In this document: positions 30,502 to 40,675 of the stretch, in pieces
Layout: each line of letters begins with the position of its first letter
Position numbering within the stretch: position 1 is the first letter of the stretch
IMG/VR virus record: IMGVR_UViG_3300009164_000001
Location: 19,557 to 83,556 of that record
Direction: 5' to 3' (one strand)
From: a virus
DNA length: 64,000 nt
Program-made: the position numbers and the translations under genes
The notes under the pieces: model-generated
Told to the model about the DNA's origin: nothing
The model's input: the letters and a program-made list of their open reading frames with translations, nothing else
Database searches by the model: none

Positions 30502-31929
30502 TTACGATGCTACACATTGTAGATCTAAGCTGGTATCGAAACGACGAAGTAAGATACCTGCAGTCTTCAACATGTGAACAGAAGCACCGTCAATATCACT
30601 TGCACGTGCATCAGTTCCAGTGAATCCTTTCGGAACAACTGAACCTGCAACACACCAACGAAGTAACTCACGACCTTTCTTGTTGATCATTTGAAGGTTG
30701 TTTTCACCATCATAAGTAGATTGGTCAACAAATACCATACGGTAAGACTCCATAGGAAGACCAGAAACTGGATGCTTCTTAGAAGCTTGAGCAACTGGAC
30801 CGTGATCAAACAAGTGAGATTTAACTACGTTCACAGAATAACCATCAACGTGGTCATAGCTAGTGAAGTAACCAGTGATTCCCAAATTACGACCTGATCC
30901 AGTGATGAATTTAGGTTGAGTAGTTTGTAAGAATGGGCTACCAGAGTAGTATGTACGAAGAGCTTTGTCAAACTCACGAGCTCCACCGATACCAGTGTAA
31001 AGGGTAACTTGCTTGTCTGTAGCATCAGTCATACCATAGAACAAATCTCCAATTGTTTCTTCAAGTTTAGTTTGAGTCAACGTAGAGTAAGTGTCTTTGT
31101 TGATGATTTGCTCAAGAAGACCAGGACCTGAAACAACTGGTTGGCCATTCTCATCCAACATGGTAGAAGCACCATTTGCATCGTGAGTTTTAGCTCCGTA
31201 CCAGTAGTACATTTCACACTCTTCTTTGAACTTCAACATGTGACGGTACTCTTCGTAATCCATCCACAACTTAGTTTTGCTACCTTCTTTCAAAGGAAGT
31301 TCGAATTGTGCAACATAATCTTTAGCATTTCCAGAGAAGTGGTAAGATTTACGGATAGTTCCAATCTTAGAACGAACTAAACCTGGAGCAGTCCAGTTAG
31401 AAGCATTTCCACGAGAGAAATCGATACCTACGTTAGCATACAATTGACCCCAAAGAGCACCAGCAGCAATATCTCCACCAGCTGATGCAGACAATGCAGC
31501 AGTTTGATCAGGTGAAACACATTTCAAAGTGTATCTCCAACCAGCTCCATCAGGAACAGGCTCATCCATGATACGTGCCAACACACCTGATTGAGAAACC
31601 AATGTGTAAGGGAATACGAACCATTTGTCTGGGAAAGTTAATTGAAACGGTGCACCAGATGCTCCAGTACCGACATTAGCAATAACTGGACGAACATTAA
31701 TTTCGTGTGTTTTAACACGGTACTCATACTCAAAACGATCGATAGATTTAGTGTTTCCAACACCTTCTGTTAAGAAAGACAATGGGAACTTTTTCTCTTC
31801 ACGACCTGCTAAGTGAGTAATAATAGGAGATAACTCCTCTGGACGTTCCATAAGTGCATTAACCAACGAGTTAGTGTCGGTCATTTGTGCATCGTTATAG
31901 TACGTTTTTAATACTTGCATTACTGACAT
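30502..31929 (-). CDS. Major capsid protein (crAss-like)
   Basis: 475 aa; TDTNSL, FPLSFLTEG, GPGLLEQI, LYTGIGG, HP..GLPMESYRMVFVD; high-expression codon bias; followed by a terminator. Confidence 0.9.
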   Translation of the reverse strand: MSVMQVLKTYYNDAQMTDTNSLVNALMERPEELSPIITHLAGREEKKFPLSFLTEGVGNTKSIDRFEYEYRVKTHEINVRPVIANVGTGASGAPFQLTFPDKWFVFPYTLVSQSGVLARIMDEPVPDGAGWRYTLKCVSPDQTAALSASAGGDIAAGALWGQLYANVGIDFSRGNASNWTAPGLVRSKIGTIRKSYHFSGNAKDYVAQFELPLKEGSKTKLWMDYEEYRHMLKFKEECEMYYWYGAKTHDANGASTMLDENGQPVVSGPGLLEQIINKDTYSTLTQTKLEETIGDLFYGMTDATDKQVTLYTGIGGAREFDKALRTYYSGSPFLQTTQPKFITGSGRNLGITGYFTSYDHVDGYSVNVVKSHLFDHGPVAQASKKHPVSGLPMESYRMVFVDQSTYDGENNLQMINKKGRELLRWCVAGSVVPKGFTGTDARASDIDGASVHMLKTAGILLRRFDTSLDLQCVAS

Positions 31930-31959
31930 GATTCTTAGTTTTTAAAGTTAATTTGCGTT

Positions 31960-33078
31960 TTATTCAAACAGCCTCTTTATATCCAGGTTATCTGGGTTAA
32001 ATTTCTTATTTCCTCCTTTTTCTACTTTGCCCATGTTCTTCACACGTTCTTGGTGTCCTTGGATTCTATCTCTTAGACCTTTAGCACTAACTGTTTTAGC
32101 TTTAGTGTTAATTATGTCTTCAAGTTTCAAACCCTTGTACATTAAGTAGTCCAAGGCTAATTTTACATCTATATTAGATTGAGCATAGTCCATATCTCTT
32201 TTTGTTTGGCCATTTTTGTTAGCTGGTGCAGAGATGTAGTCGAAGAATTTTGCTTTTTCACGATCAGGAATTCTGATACCAGCAAATTCATTTCCACTAT
32301 CTATACGGCCAGCTACGTCCTCCCAAAATTCTTGTTGACGTTGTGCTTCTAATTGTTGTTGTTGACGTTGTTGTTGAACTAGTTCTCCTCTTTCTCTTTC
32401 TTGAATAGCCCCTAATTGCTTTTTAGCATGTTGGGCTTTATCGTAAAGTTTTCCAGAGTCTTCAAACTCTTCAAGCATCTCTTTGATAAACTCATTGTCA
32501 TGGCCTTTGCTTTTGAAAAACTCTGCTACAATTCCTTTTTGAGTTCTTGTATCACTTGCATCAATTTCAATTCTGTTGAAATCTAATGCAGGATTGTAAG
32601 CATCGAAGAATTTTTCAGGATCCCCACCAGCCATTACAAAATCAAGATGTTTTTGTACTAGTGGGAACTGCTCAAATAATTCTTGCAGTTGTTCCTCGGC
32701 AATGTTCTGAGCAATGTCTTTTGTGAATTCAATTAAGCCTTCCTCTGTGTCTGCATATTCAGCATCCAATTCGTAGCCTAAAGCTTTTGCAATTGTATCT
32801 GCTACAGACCCAATAGAGTCGTCTTCATCTTCATCATCAAAATCACCTTCGTCATCGTTATCGTCATTTACTGACTTATACTTTTGTCCAGGTTCATCAT
32901 CAGAGTCATCATCATCAGGAAGATTTGGATCTTCATCCTCGTCCTCCTCAGGATCGTCTTCTAAATTGTCAATGTTTTTATCAGAATCCTCTTTAGGATC
33001 TGAGGGTGTCAGTCCGTCTCCTATCATGTCGTCGAAAGAGATGTCTGAGAAGTTAAGTTTTTGTTCTGGTTTACTCAT
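31960..33078 (-). CDS. Putative scaffold / conserved protein upstream of MCP
   Basis: Very acidic N-terminus and coiled coil, immediately upstream of MCP. Confidence 0.65.
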   Translation of the reverse strand: MSKPEQKLNFSDISFDDMIGDGLTPSDPKEDSDKNIDNLEDDPEEDEDEDPNLPDDDDSDDEPGQKYKSVNDDNDDEGDFDDEDEDDSIGSVADTIAKALGYELDAEYADTEEGLIEFTKDIAQNIAEEQLQELFEQFPLVQKHLDFVMAGGDPEKFFDAYNPALDFNRIEIDASDTRTQKGIVAEFFKSKGHDNEFIKEMLEEFEDSGKLYDKAQHAKKQLGAIQERERGELVQQQRQQQQLEAQRQQEFWEDVAGRIDSGNEFAGIRIPDREKAKFFDYISAPANKNGQTKRDMDYAQSNIDVKLALDYLMYKGLKLEDIINTKAKTVSAKGLRDRIQGHQERVKNMGKVEKGGNKKFNPDNLDIKRLFE

Positions 33079-33082
33079 ATAA

Positions 33083-33090
33083 CAAAGGTA
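33083..33090 (-). promoter_or_regulatory. Bacteroidota -7 element (TACCTTTG)
   Basis: TAnnTTTG 4 nt upstream of ATG at 33078. Confidence 0.6.
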
Positions 33091-33156
33091 TTGGTTTACT
33101 TTTAATCTTAAAGTATAAATTTATCTTTTATACTTTTACTTATTGTATAGCACTTG

Positions 33157-35736
33157 CTATAATTTTAGCTTAGCAAATTTTGAAGAAACTTTTGATTTAA
33201 GTCCTCCTTTTTTGAAGTAATAGTCAGCATTTACACCATTAGTATTACCTGAGAATCTGTTAACTCCAGGGTCTTGCCAAGATTGTTCTGATCTTGGACC
33301 AGTTGTAGAGTTTGCATTAAGCATGTTTTTATTCATCCCTCCTTCTGCATATCCAGCAGAAGTTTTTCTTTTAAATGGTTCCTCTGGTTTAGGGGCTCCT
33401 TTAATAAATCCTTTCAAGCTTCTTCTAGTTTTAGTCTCAACACTGTTATAGTCTCCCTCATCGTACATGTCTTGTTTAATGACATAGTTTTGGTCACTAC
33501 TTTTAGTTCTAGTGCTAAGTTCTTTAGTACGTTTTCCAGGATCTTCAAAACCACCCATAGCTTTTTTCTCCCTCTCTATTTCTTCTTGTGCTTTTTTTAA
33601 TTTTGCTTTTTGTTTATCTTTTAACTGTTGCTCGTATTGTTCTTGAGCAGTTTTTTCTGTTTCCACTTGAGTCATTTCTTTTTGTAGGCTAGCATCACTT
33701 TTTGTTTTTAATCCTCTTTCACTTTCAACAATCTGAAGAGGTTCTTGCACATTAGAATATATTTTAGCTTTAGGATTATATTTTACAGATTTGCTTCCCC
33801 CTTTTGAACTAAAAAATTCATTTTCCTCTTCAGGAGTCATCCAGTCTCTAGTTAAAGTAGATCCTACTAGTTCTTGTTTAACAACATTTCCATTTTTATC
33901 ACGAATTGTTTTGTGGACATAGGCAACACCTCCACCATTACCTGTTTGCTGCAGTGTATAAGATTCTTGTGGAAGTTGGCTTTCAATTTTAACAGGGGCA
34001 GATTTTGATTCAATTGGTTTCATTCCAATAGGTTCCATTGGTTCCCCAGCTGTTTCAAGAACATGGTGTTCCTGTGGGGCTGGGTAATATCCTATAGGAT
34101 ACCCCATTGGGTCATAATTTATATTACTATTAGCAACATTTTTATAAAAATCATCATGCCAATTTGGTCCGTAACTACCTTTGTTAAAGTAACTTTGCAC
34201 ATAAACTTCTCCTGGAGTTTTACTTGGCCAAACTAGTCCACCATTGGTAGGTTTAATTTCTTTTCCAGTAGCACTATTTACTGGTTTTTTTCTATTTTCT
34301 TTGGTTGTTGTTCCTGCAATAGCTATTTTTTTTTGAAAATCTTCTAATATTTCAGGAGGCATTACTACTGGTTTACTTCGTATCTGTGGATAAATTTTTA
34401 AATAGTTTATAAGGTCTTTTGATGCCTGGTGGGCAAATGAACTATCTGCCTCTGCACCACTTGCTATTTGAAATTCTCTAGGATCAGTATGGTAAACAAT
34501 CCTAGGGTTAGTTACAAAGTAATTAGGAGGAAAAGCTTGATTAGTAGATTTTTTAGCAGGTTCTTTCTTTTTAGATGGTCCTCCATTTTCATATTTGTAT
34601 CCACCATAACGAGCTGCTTGAGGAAGACCGTAATCTTCTGTGTTTGTTTTGTTTTCTGCTACAGCATTGTGAGTAATTAGAAATCTTTTAACTGCGTCTC
34701 TTTTAGCTTGATTGTATTGTTCAAGTTCATCACCAGTAAGATCTTCAATATTTTTTCCATTTACAAATTTAGAAGATCCTGTAGGATAACCAATAGCTTG
34801 ATAGAATCTTGTCATTTGCCCTTCTTCTGCACTTTCTTTATTAAAAAGCCCAGATTTACCTTTAGTTCTACCTGATTCTAAAATATCATACATTTCATCT
34901 TCAGTGTAGTTTTTTGTAGCATCTAAATTAAGGGCTTTTCTAGCAGTTTGTAGACTGGTGTAATATTCTTCTGGGTCTGCATAATAAGCTCCCATGCTTT
35001 TATCGACATCTTTGTATCCCATGCTATTTACTAAATCTGGAGTAATAGTGTTTCCAAGTATTTCCATACCTGCAGCATGAGTGTTATTAGGAATTTGTCC
35101 AGCTATGTTTGAACCAATATGGTTAAGTTCCTCATAAGCTACATAAGGCCTTGCTCCTTCTAGCCCTCTATAATACACAGAATTTGTATTTAAATAATCT
35201 TTTTCTCCAGCTTCATTTATTGTTTTCATGTACCCTTTTTCTAATTTAGGAGAAGAGTAAGGATTGTTTTTTAAAGCTTCGTCTGCAGCATCTTGGATAT
35301 TACCTGTTTGAATATTATCAAAAAGAGCAGGTGTAGCAGCAGTTGCTAAACTAGGTGCTTTTCCACCAAGGTAGTTTGTTTTATTATAAGCTTCTTCTGT
35401 AAAATATTGAGCTGGTGCAGAGTTCCTAAACGTATTTAAAAATACATTTGATGTGTCTGTAAATTGTGGAAGTTGTTTTCTTTTTTCAAACCAATCATTT
35501 CCCCAAGATCTAGCTTCAGAGTCAGCTTTGTCAAAAACTTCTTTATTAGCTTTATAATATTCTGGAAAAAATTGATCTTTTGCTGGGCCTCCTGTAGTTG
35601 TAATTGGATTTTCAGGATCTATTAAATTTTGCAGATCAAGATTTGCAGGACCACCTACAGCAAACTTACGGGTAACATTTGCTTTAAGGCTTTTTGCCTT
35701 AGCTATTGCTGTATTTTTTGATAATTTCTTAGCCAT
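33157..35736 (-). CDS. Modular putative virion protein with xxxGG motifs and a degenerate zincin-like module
   Basis: Likely start MAKKLSKN at 35736. FAVGG, ARYGG, YENGG, KAMGG, YAEGG, FKKGG; EELNH...Y..PEE...L..AR. Confidence 0.6.
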   Translation of the reverse strand: MAKKLSKNTAIAKAKSLKANVTRKFAVGGPANLDLQNLIDPENPITTTGGPAKDQFFPEYYKANKEVFDKADSEARSWGNDWFEKRKQLPQFTDTSNVFLNTFRNSAPAQYFTEEAYNKTNYLGGKAPSLATAATPALFDNIQTGNIQDAADEALKNNPYSSPKLEKGYMKTINEAGEKDYLNTNSVYYRGLEGARPYVAYEELNHIGSNIAGQIPNNTHAAGMEILGNTITPDLVNSMGYKDVDKSMGAYYADPEEYYTSLQTARKALNLDATKNYTEDEMYDILESGRTKGKSGLFNKESAEEGQMTRFYQAIGYPTGSSKFVNGKNIEDLTGDELEQYNQAKRDAVKRFLITHNAVAENKTNTEDYGLPQAARYGGYKYENGGPSKKKEPAKKSTNQAFPPNYFVTNPRIVYHTDPREFQIASGAEADSSFAHQASKDLINYLKIYPQIRSKPVVMPPEILEDFQKKIAIAGTTTKENRKKPVNSATGKEIKPTNGGLVWPSKTPGEVYVQSYFNKGSYGPNWHDDFYKNVANSNINYDPMGYPIGYYPAPQEHHVLETAGEPMEPIGMKPIESKSAPVKIESQLPQESYTLQQTGNGGGVAYVHKTIRDKNGNVVKQELVGSTLTRDWMTPEEENEFFSSKGGSKSVKYNPKAKIYSNVQEPLQIVESERGLKTKSDASLQKEMTQVETEKTAQEQYEQQLKDKQKAKLKKAQEEIEREKKAMGGFEDPGKRTKELSTRTKSSDQNYVIKQDMYDEGDYNSVETKTRRSLKGFIKGAPKPEEPFKRKTSAGYAEGGMNKNMLNANSTTGPRSEQSWQDPGVNRFSGNTNGVNADYYFKKGGLKSKVSSKFAKLKL

Positions 35737-35737
35737 G

Positions 35738-37945
35738 TTATCTTCTTTTTTTAAGTAGTTTTTTACCACCAGTAGCAAATTTAAATGATTGTTTAGCTTC
35801 GTTTTCTCTTCTTCTTTTTAATTGAATATTTTGTATGGCTGTTTCTTTTTGTTCATTTCTAAGTTTTTCAACTTCTTGAGTAGCATCATACATATCGTGA
35901 TAAATCATGTGATCTGGGTCTTTATCTCTAGGATCGTAATCTATTCTACTAGACATATCGTTATTGTCAAACTTTTTTTGATCTGCATCATTAAGCCAAT
36001 CTTTAGCTAAAGATGGTCCTACTACTTTTTGAGTGTATGTTCCATCATCATTATAGGTTCTTCCATGAATTACTCCAACTCCTGGGTTTCCACTAGGCAT
36101 TAAAAAATATTCTGTTTTAGGTTTTGCAGGATAGGGGTTTGACATTCTTGGTATATTTTGCAATTGTGGTTGCAAGTCTATTTTTGGAACAGGTAGTAAT
36201 CCAGGCTCTTTCATTTTAGGTTGAGGTACTGGATTTTTTAAATCTTGAATACCTTGTTTAACACTTGCTTTATTTTTATAAGGAGTCCCACTTCCTCCGT
36301 ATTGCTGAAGTCTTTTTAATTTTTCTGCATCTGAAAGGTCTTTCCACGGAGTTACTGCAAGCTTGTCATAACTAACAACTTCTGCAGCATCTCCATCTAG
36401 ATATACTGTATATTTTTGAGGCAAGATTCTATCATCATATCTTGATCTAGGAGCGTTTGGATTTAAAACTCCTGTAGTTAATTCTCTTTGCTCAAATCTG
36501 TGATTTCCTGGTGTATAATTTGTATATTCATCGTAAGACATGCTACTATTAGGGTATCTTTTGTAATCTTCTCTAGTATTTTTAAGTTTTGTAAATATAT
36601 CGTTTATATTACCAAGTGGTGGTTGTCCTTCATACAGTGTTGAAATTTCTGCAGGGCTTAGAGATCTATATCCATCTTTTATGTAAAAATTATGTACTTC
36701 ATTAGCTCTATCAGCTACATAACTTGAATCAGCTGCAGTAGCTATGTTTGCTTTTTTAAGTGGGTCACCTTCTAGCCCTCCTGTTTCAAATTTAAAATGA
36801 GTTTTTCTTAGTTCAGGATTAGACAGCATTTCTATTGTACCTGTACCTGTATTTGTAGGTGATGGTGAAGGCGGTGAAAAATAATCTGAAAATGTTTGAC
36901 TAATTCCTGCTATTTTATTTGCTAAATCAATGTTTTTTAAAACTTTTACAGCTTTATTTCCAAGTCTTAATCCCGTTGCAACTTTTCCCCCTAAGACTGG
37001 GATAGCACTCATCATGTTTAAATAATCATCATAACTACCTTTTCCTTCTTTTACATTTTTATATCCTAAAGCAGCATCATTCCATGAAGATATTCCCGTT
37101 GGGTCAATTAATTCTATACCGTCTTCTATAGGGCTATCCCAATCTGCTGAAAGATCTCCCCCAATCCTTCCTGAAGGCATTTGTTTTGGGTAAAATTTAC
37201 CGTTAGTGCTTAAACCTTTTTTTAAATAATCTATTTTAGAATTTTCTACAGTTGGGCCAGGATTTAAAAATGGGGGCCTAAATCCGGGATCTGGGTTATC
37301 TTCTCCCCATGTAGGAACTGGAGCATTTCTTTTAGCTACAATTTCAACAGTAGGTAAAGTATATGATGGAGGATCTTTTTTCATCCCCCCTACTGCATAC
37401 TTTAATCCCCCAAATACATATTTTTTAGGATTTACCATTGTAAGGTCAGGGTGTTCTATTGTTGCATTGTGTGCAATAGACCCACGTTGTTCCTTAGAGA
37501 AAGGAAAGTGAGAGCTAAATTTATTATACTGGTCTTCTGTAAACTTTTCTACAAATCCTCCTGTAGCCATTAGCACTTGCCCACCTGAAGATCCTTTTGC
37601 ATTAGTTGCCATCCCAACAGGTTGTTGTTGAGTTGAATCTACTAAGTTAGGATTAGCTGGAGGTTGTGGACCTGGAAGACTTTGACCTTGAAGCCCCGGA
37701 GGTGGTCCTGCAGGAGCTTGGGGCATTTCCTGTGGAAGAGGTTGTTGCCCAGGAGGCATCATCCCAGCTTGTTGTGCAGCCATGTCAGACATTTGCTGAC
37801 CTTGTTGTTGTTGCTGTTGCTGTTGGTATTCCCCAATTATATCTTTACCTTGCTCGTAAGCAGTAAACACATCCAAGATACTTCCTGGAAAGCCTGATTG
37901 ACGAGCCTTAGATAAAAGCTCTCTTCGAGTTTGGTTATCCAACAT
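35738..37945 (-). CDS. Modular putative virion protein with xxxGG motifs
   Basis: Q/P-rich linker; MATGG, YVFGG, YAVGG, FETGG, FATGG; DPTGISSW module. Confidence 0.6.
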   Translation of the reverse strand: MLDNQTRRELLSKARQSGFPGSILDVFTAYEQGKDIIGEYQQQQQQQQGQQMSDMAAQQAGMMPPGQQPLPQEMPQAPAGPPPGLQGQSLPGPQPPANPNLVDSTQQQPVGMATNAKGSSGGQVLMATGGFVEKFTEDQYNKFSSHFPFSKEQRGSIAHNATIEHPDLTMVNPKKYVFGGLKYAVGGMKKDPPSYTLPTVEIVAKRNAPVPTWGEDNPDPGFRPPFLNPGPTVENSKIDYLKKGLSTNGKFYPKQMPSGRIGGDLSADWDSPIEDGIELIDPTGISSWNDAALGYKNVKEGKGSYDDYLNMMSAIPVLGGKVATGLRLGNKAVKVLKNIDLANKIAGISQTFSDYFSPPSPSPTNTGTGTIEMLSNPELRKTHFKFETGGLEGDPLKKANIATAADSSYVADRANEVHNFYIKDGYRSLSPAEISTLYEGQPPLGNINDIFTKLKNTREDYKRYPNSSMSYDEYTNYTPGNHRFEQRELTTGVLNPNAPRSRYDDRILPQKYTVYLDGDAAEVVSYDKLAVTPWKDLSDAEKLKRLQQYGGSGTPYKNKASVKQGIQDLKNPVPQPKMKEPGLLPVPKIDLQPQLQNIPRMSNPYPAKPKTEYFLMPSGNPGVGVIHGRTYNDDGTYTQKVVGPSLAKDWLNDADQKKFDNNDMSSRIDYDPRDKDPDHMIYHDMYDATQEVEKLRNEQKETAIQNIQLKRRRENEAKQSFKFATGGKKLLKKRR

Positions 37946-37956
37946 AATTTAAAAGT

Positions 37957-38382
37957 TTAAGACAAGAACTTAAGCTTGTATTTAGCAGAGTTCAATGTAG
38001 TTTTTACATTGTCTAATTCGTTATTAATTTCAGAAAAAGTGTTAATATCTTGGATATCAGAAACTTTATCATGAAGCTCATCAATATACACAAGTGCCTC
38101 TTTAACACTTGACATTGCAGGTGCACATACGTATGAAGGCATATCTGCAGGATATTTTGGAATTTCCCCAGTAGCTCCTTGATAGCTTTCAGCAATTCCG
38201 TCTGCCAGGTCAGGAAGAGCATCATATAATTCGTTTAATGCTTTGTGTGCTGCATAACTTCCAGGGCCTGTTACAGTCAAATGAAGAATGTGAAACTTAA
38301 GTGCTGCATCTAGCATCTCCACAACTAAGCCTGGAATGCTTGATTTCTTTTTTGAATCTTTTAGTTTGTCAAGGTATCCCAT
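37957..38382 (-). CDS. Dps/ferritin-like protein (DUF5856-like)
   Basis: HILHL..TG..SYAAHKAL.ELYD...D..AE.YQG and terminal YKLKFL. Confidence 0.75.
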   Translation of the reverse strand: MGYLDKLKDSKKKSSIPGLVVEMLDAALKFHILHLTVTGPGSYAAHKALNELYDALPDLADGIAESYQGATGEIPKYPADMPSYVCAPAMSSVKEALVYIDELHDKVSDIQDINTFSEINNELDNVKTTLNSAKYKLKFLS

Positions 38383-40598
38383 TATTGTGGAGTATTATTT
38401 ATGGTTTGTGATTTAGCATCAATTGCTTTTTCTTTGATTGCTAAATCTTGTTGTTTAAGTTGGAAGTCTTGCATCATTTTTTGAAGATTAGCTGATGCAT
38501 TTTTCTCTGCAGATTCTGCTTGAATAAGAGCAATTTCAATTTGAGTTTGACGATCTTTTTCTTTATCCATTTCCTCCATTTCCATGGCCTGTTGTTTAAG
38601 TTGTTGATCTTGCTGTTTAGCTTGCTGTTCTGCTTGTTGTTGAGCTTGTTGCAATTGCTCTTGAGCTTTTTCAGCTTGTACGATTTTGTCTTTAATCTGA
38701 CTTAAGCTGTCTGATTCAAACATAGATATAGCTGCAGAAAGTGGGAGACCATTTTGAACAGCTGCTTGAGCTAGTCCTTCTATCTTTTGCTTCTTCTCAA
38801 GATCTTTACCTGCATCAGTTACAAAGATTCCGTACTCAGTTTCCATGTGAGTCATAGGATCTACGTCTACGTTAGCTAGAGTATTGTCAGGCATAACGTA
38901 CATTGCTTTCTTCCCTTTGGCCCAAGCTTCTTTAGAGTAATCAAGTAATCCACGTAATTCTCTTTCTTCAAAGTAACTAAATTTACGGAAGATATCTTCT
39001 GTAATGTGAGAAGATTGTACGATAGATTGTTGAGATGTAGATTTACCTTCGTAAGTTCCCATCTGCCCTTGACGTTGTCTAGTTACCCCACTTACCTTTT
39101 CCCACTCGACCATGATAGATTCAAGAAGTGTAAGATACTGAGAGATTGTCTTGATAGACATGTCAAGCACTGATTGGTGTTGAGGAGACAACTGAATTCC
39201 TTCTTTGTTGTAGTCAACCCAAGCAATACCAGTACCTTCTACATAGTACATAAACTTATCCATGTCCCAGTTCTTTGGGATCATGTTAATATCGAACTGT
39301 GCAATGATATCTTTTGATCTAGCTATAGCTAATTCAAGACGGTATTTATAAATGTTGTAATTTAGCTGGTATGGAATACCTAAAGTTACAAGAGATATGT
39401 TTTGTGAATTAATATCAGAATACTTTCTTCCGTTAATTGGAAGCTTACATATGGATGGATTGTCTAAGCTATTTCTTTGGTTTAGACATGGACGAATGTT
39501 GATGTAGAATCTTCTATCAATACGAGTTCCCTCCCATACTTCGTTTACCCACTCCCATTCTAATTTAGCTCCAGCTTCTTTTAACTCTGGGGTTAATTTG
39601 TACCCTTCTGCTACGTCAAATGTTTCTTCAGCTCCTGTTTCAGGGTCCATGTATGTAACAAAGCCAATTCTTTTACGAGATTTCCAATACACGTGTGCAA
39701 CCTCAGTAAGACGGTTACGATAAATGTTGTCATCTGCTCCTGATGCTTCTGAACGATACAAAAGGTATGCTTCAGCCGAGGTGTGAGTTGGATTTTCTAA
39801 TTCTAAGATTTGGTCATCTGATAAGAATTCCCCGTATACATCTACTACTGTAGAGGCATGTGCAAAACGTCTTAGAATTGCCCAGTCACCGTCTTCTACA
39901 AAGTCAATATCTGGATCTTTATCGTAGTCAATGTCCAATGGATTAACTACATCATAGAATGGTTCGTTACGACGTACACCTTTGTGAGAATAACATTCAC
40001 CAGTTACTAAAAAGTGGAACCATTGCTTTTGTAACTTGTCATATATTTCATTAAAATACATGATATAGTTAAGGGCAGCCTGTCCACTGATTGCTCTTTG
40101 GTCTACGTAACTTCTGTTAAACTCTTCTTGAATTTGCTTTGGAAGTGGTGGCTCTTCTTGCCCTTCTGGCATTTCCATTTCACCTTGTCTAGCAAGTTCT
40201 TGAATGAAGTGTGATTTAACATTTTGAAGAAGAAGATTTTTAAGAGCCTCTTCTTTTAAACTTACAGAGTCTGCATTTTGAACTGTAACTGTGTATTCTA
40301 AAGGACGTTTAGATTTTTCTCCTAGCAATAAGTCAATAATTGGCTTAATGATAGGGTAGTTTCTCATTTTAGACGGAAAGTTCTTTCGAGTTTTTCCGTA
40401 CGGCTTTAATACATAGTTGTAATCTTCTTCATCGATTACTCCATTGTAGTAGTCATACAGAGATTTAAGGTAGCTGCGACGTTCACTTATACCGAATTTG
40501 GATAAGTTGATGAATGCATCTACACAATCCTTTCTCCACTTGTCATCCTTCTGGGTGAGTGGAATTCGTTGTTTAGGTATATGGGCTTGTCCGTACAT
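38382..40598 (-). CDS. Portal protein
   Basis: 738 aa after TerL; IPKQRIP, YPIIKPIIDLLLGE, NEVWEG, KLPING, GVTRQRQG; Q-rich coiled C-terminus. Confidence 0.9.
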   Translation of the reverse strand: MYGQAHIPKQRIPLTQKDDKWRKDCVDAFINLSKFGISERRSYLKSLYDYYNGVIDEEDYNYVLKPYGKTRKNFPSKMRNYPIIKPIIDLLLGEKSKRPLEYTVTVQNADSVSLKEEALKNLLLQNVKSHFIQELARQGEMEMPEGQEEPPLPKQIQEEFNRSYVDQRAISGQAALNYIMYFNEIYDKLQKQWFHFLVTGECYSHKGVRRNEPFYDVVNPLDIDYDKDPDIDFVEDGDWAILRRFAHASTVVDVYGEFLSDDQILELENPTHTSAEAYLLYRSEASGADDNIYRNRLTEVAHVYWKSRKRIGFVTYMDPETGAEETFDVAEGYKLTPELKEAGAKLEWEWVNEVWEGTRIDRRFYINIRPCLNQRNSLDNPSICKLPINGRKYSDINSQNISLVTLGIPYQLNYNIYKYRLELAIARSKDIIAQFDINMIPKNWDMDKFMYYVEGTGIAWVDYNKEGIQLSPQHQSVLDMSIKTISQYLTLLESIMVEWEKVSGVTRQRQGQMGTYEGKSTSQQSIVQSSHITEDIFRKFSYFEERELRGLLDYSKEAWAKGKKAMYVMPDNTLANVDVDPMTHMETEYGIFVTDAGKDLEKKQKIEGLAQAAVQNGLPLSAAISMFESDSLSQIKDKIVQAEKAQEQLQQAQQQAEQQAKQQDQQLKQQAMEMEEMDKEKDRQTQIEIALIQAESAEKNASANLQKMMQDFQLKQQDLAIKEKAIDAKSQTINNTPQ

Positions 40599-40603
40599 TA
40601 ATA

Positions 40604-40611
40604 CAAAATTA
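40604..40611 (-). promoter_or_regulatory. Bacteroidota -7 element (TAATTTTG)
   Basis: TAnnTTTG 5 nt upstream of the portal ATG. Confidence 0.55.
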
Positions 40612-40675
40612 GGTTCGAAAAATCAGACAAGCTAAATTAATCCTTTTTTTCTTTACTTGTTATATTTATCCCACT

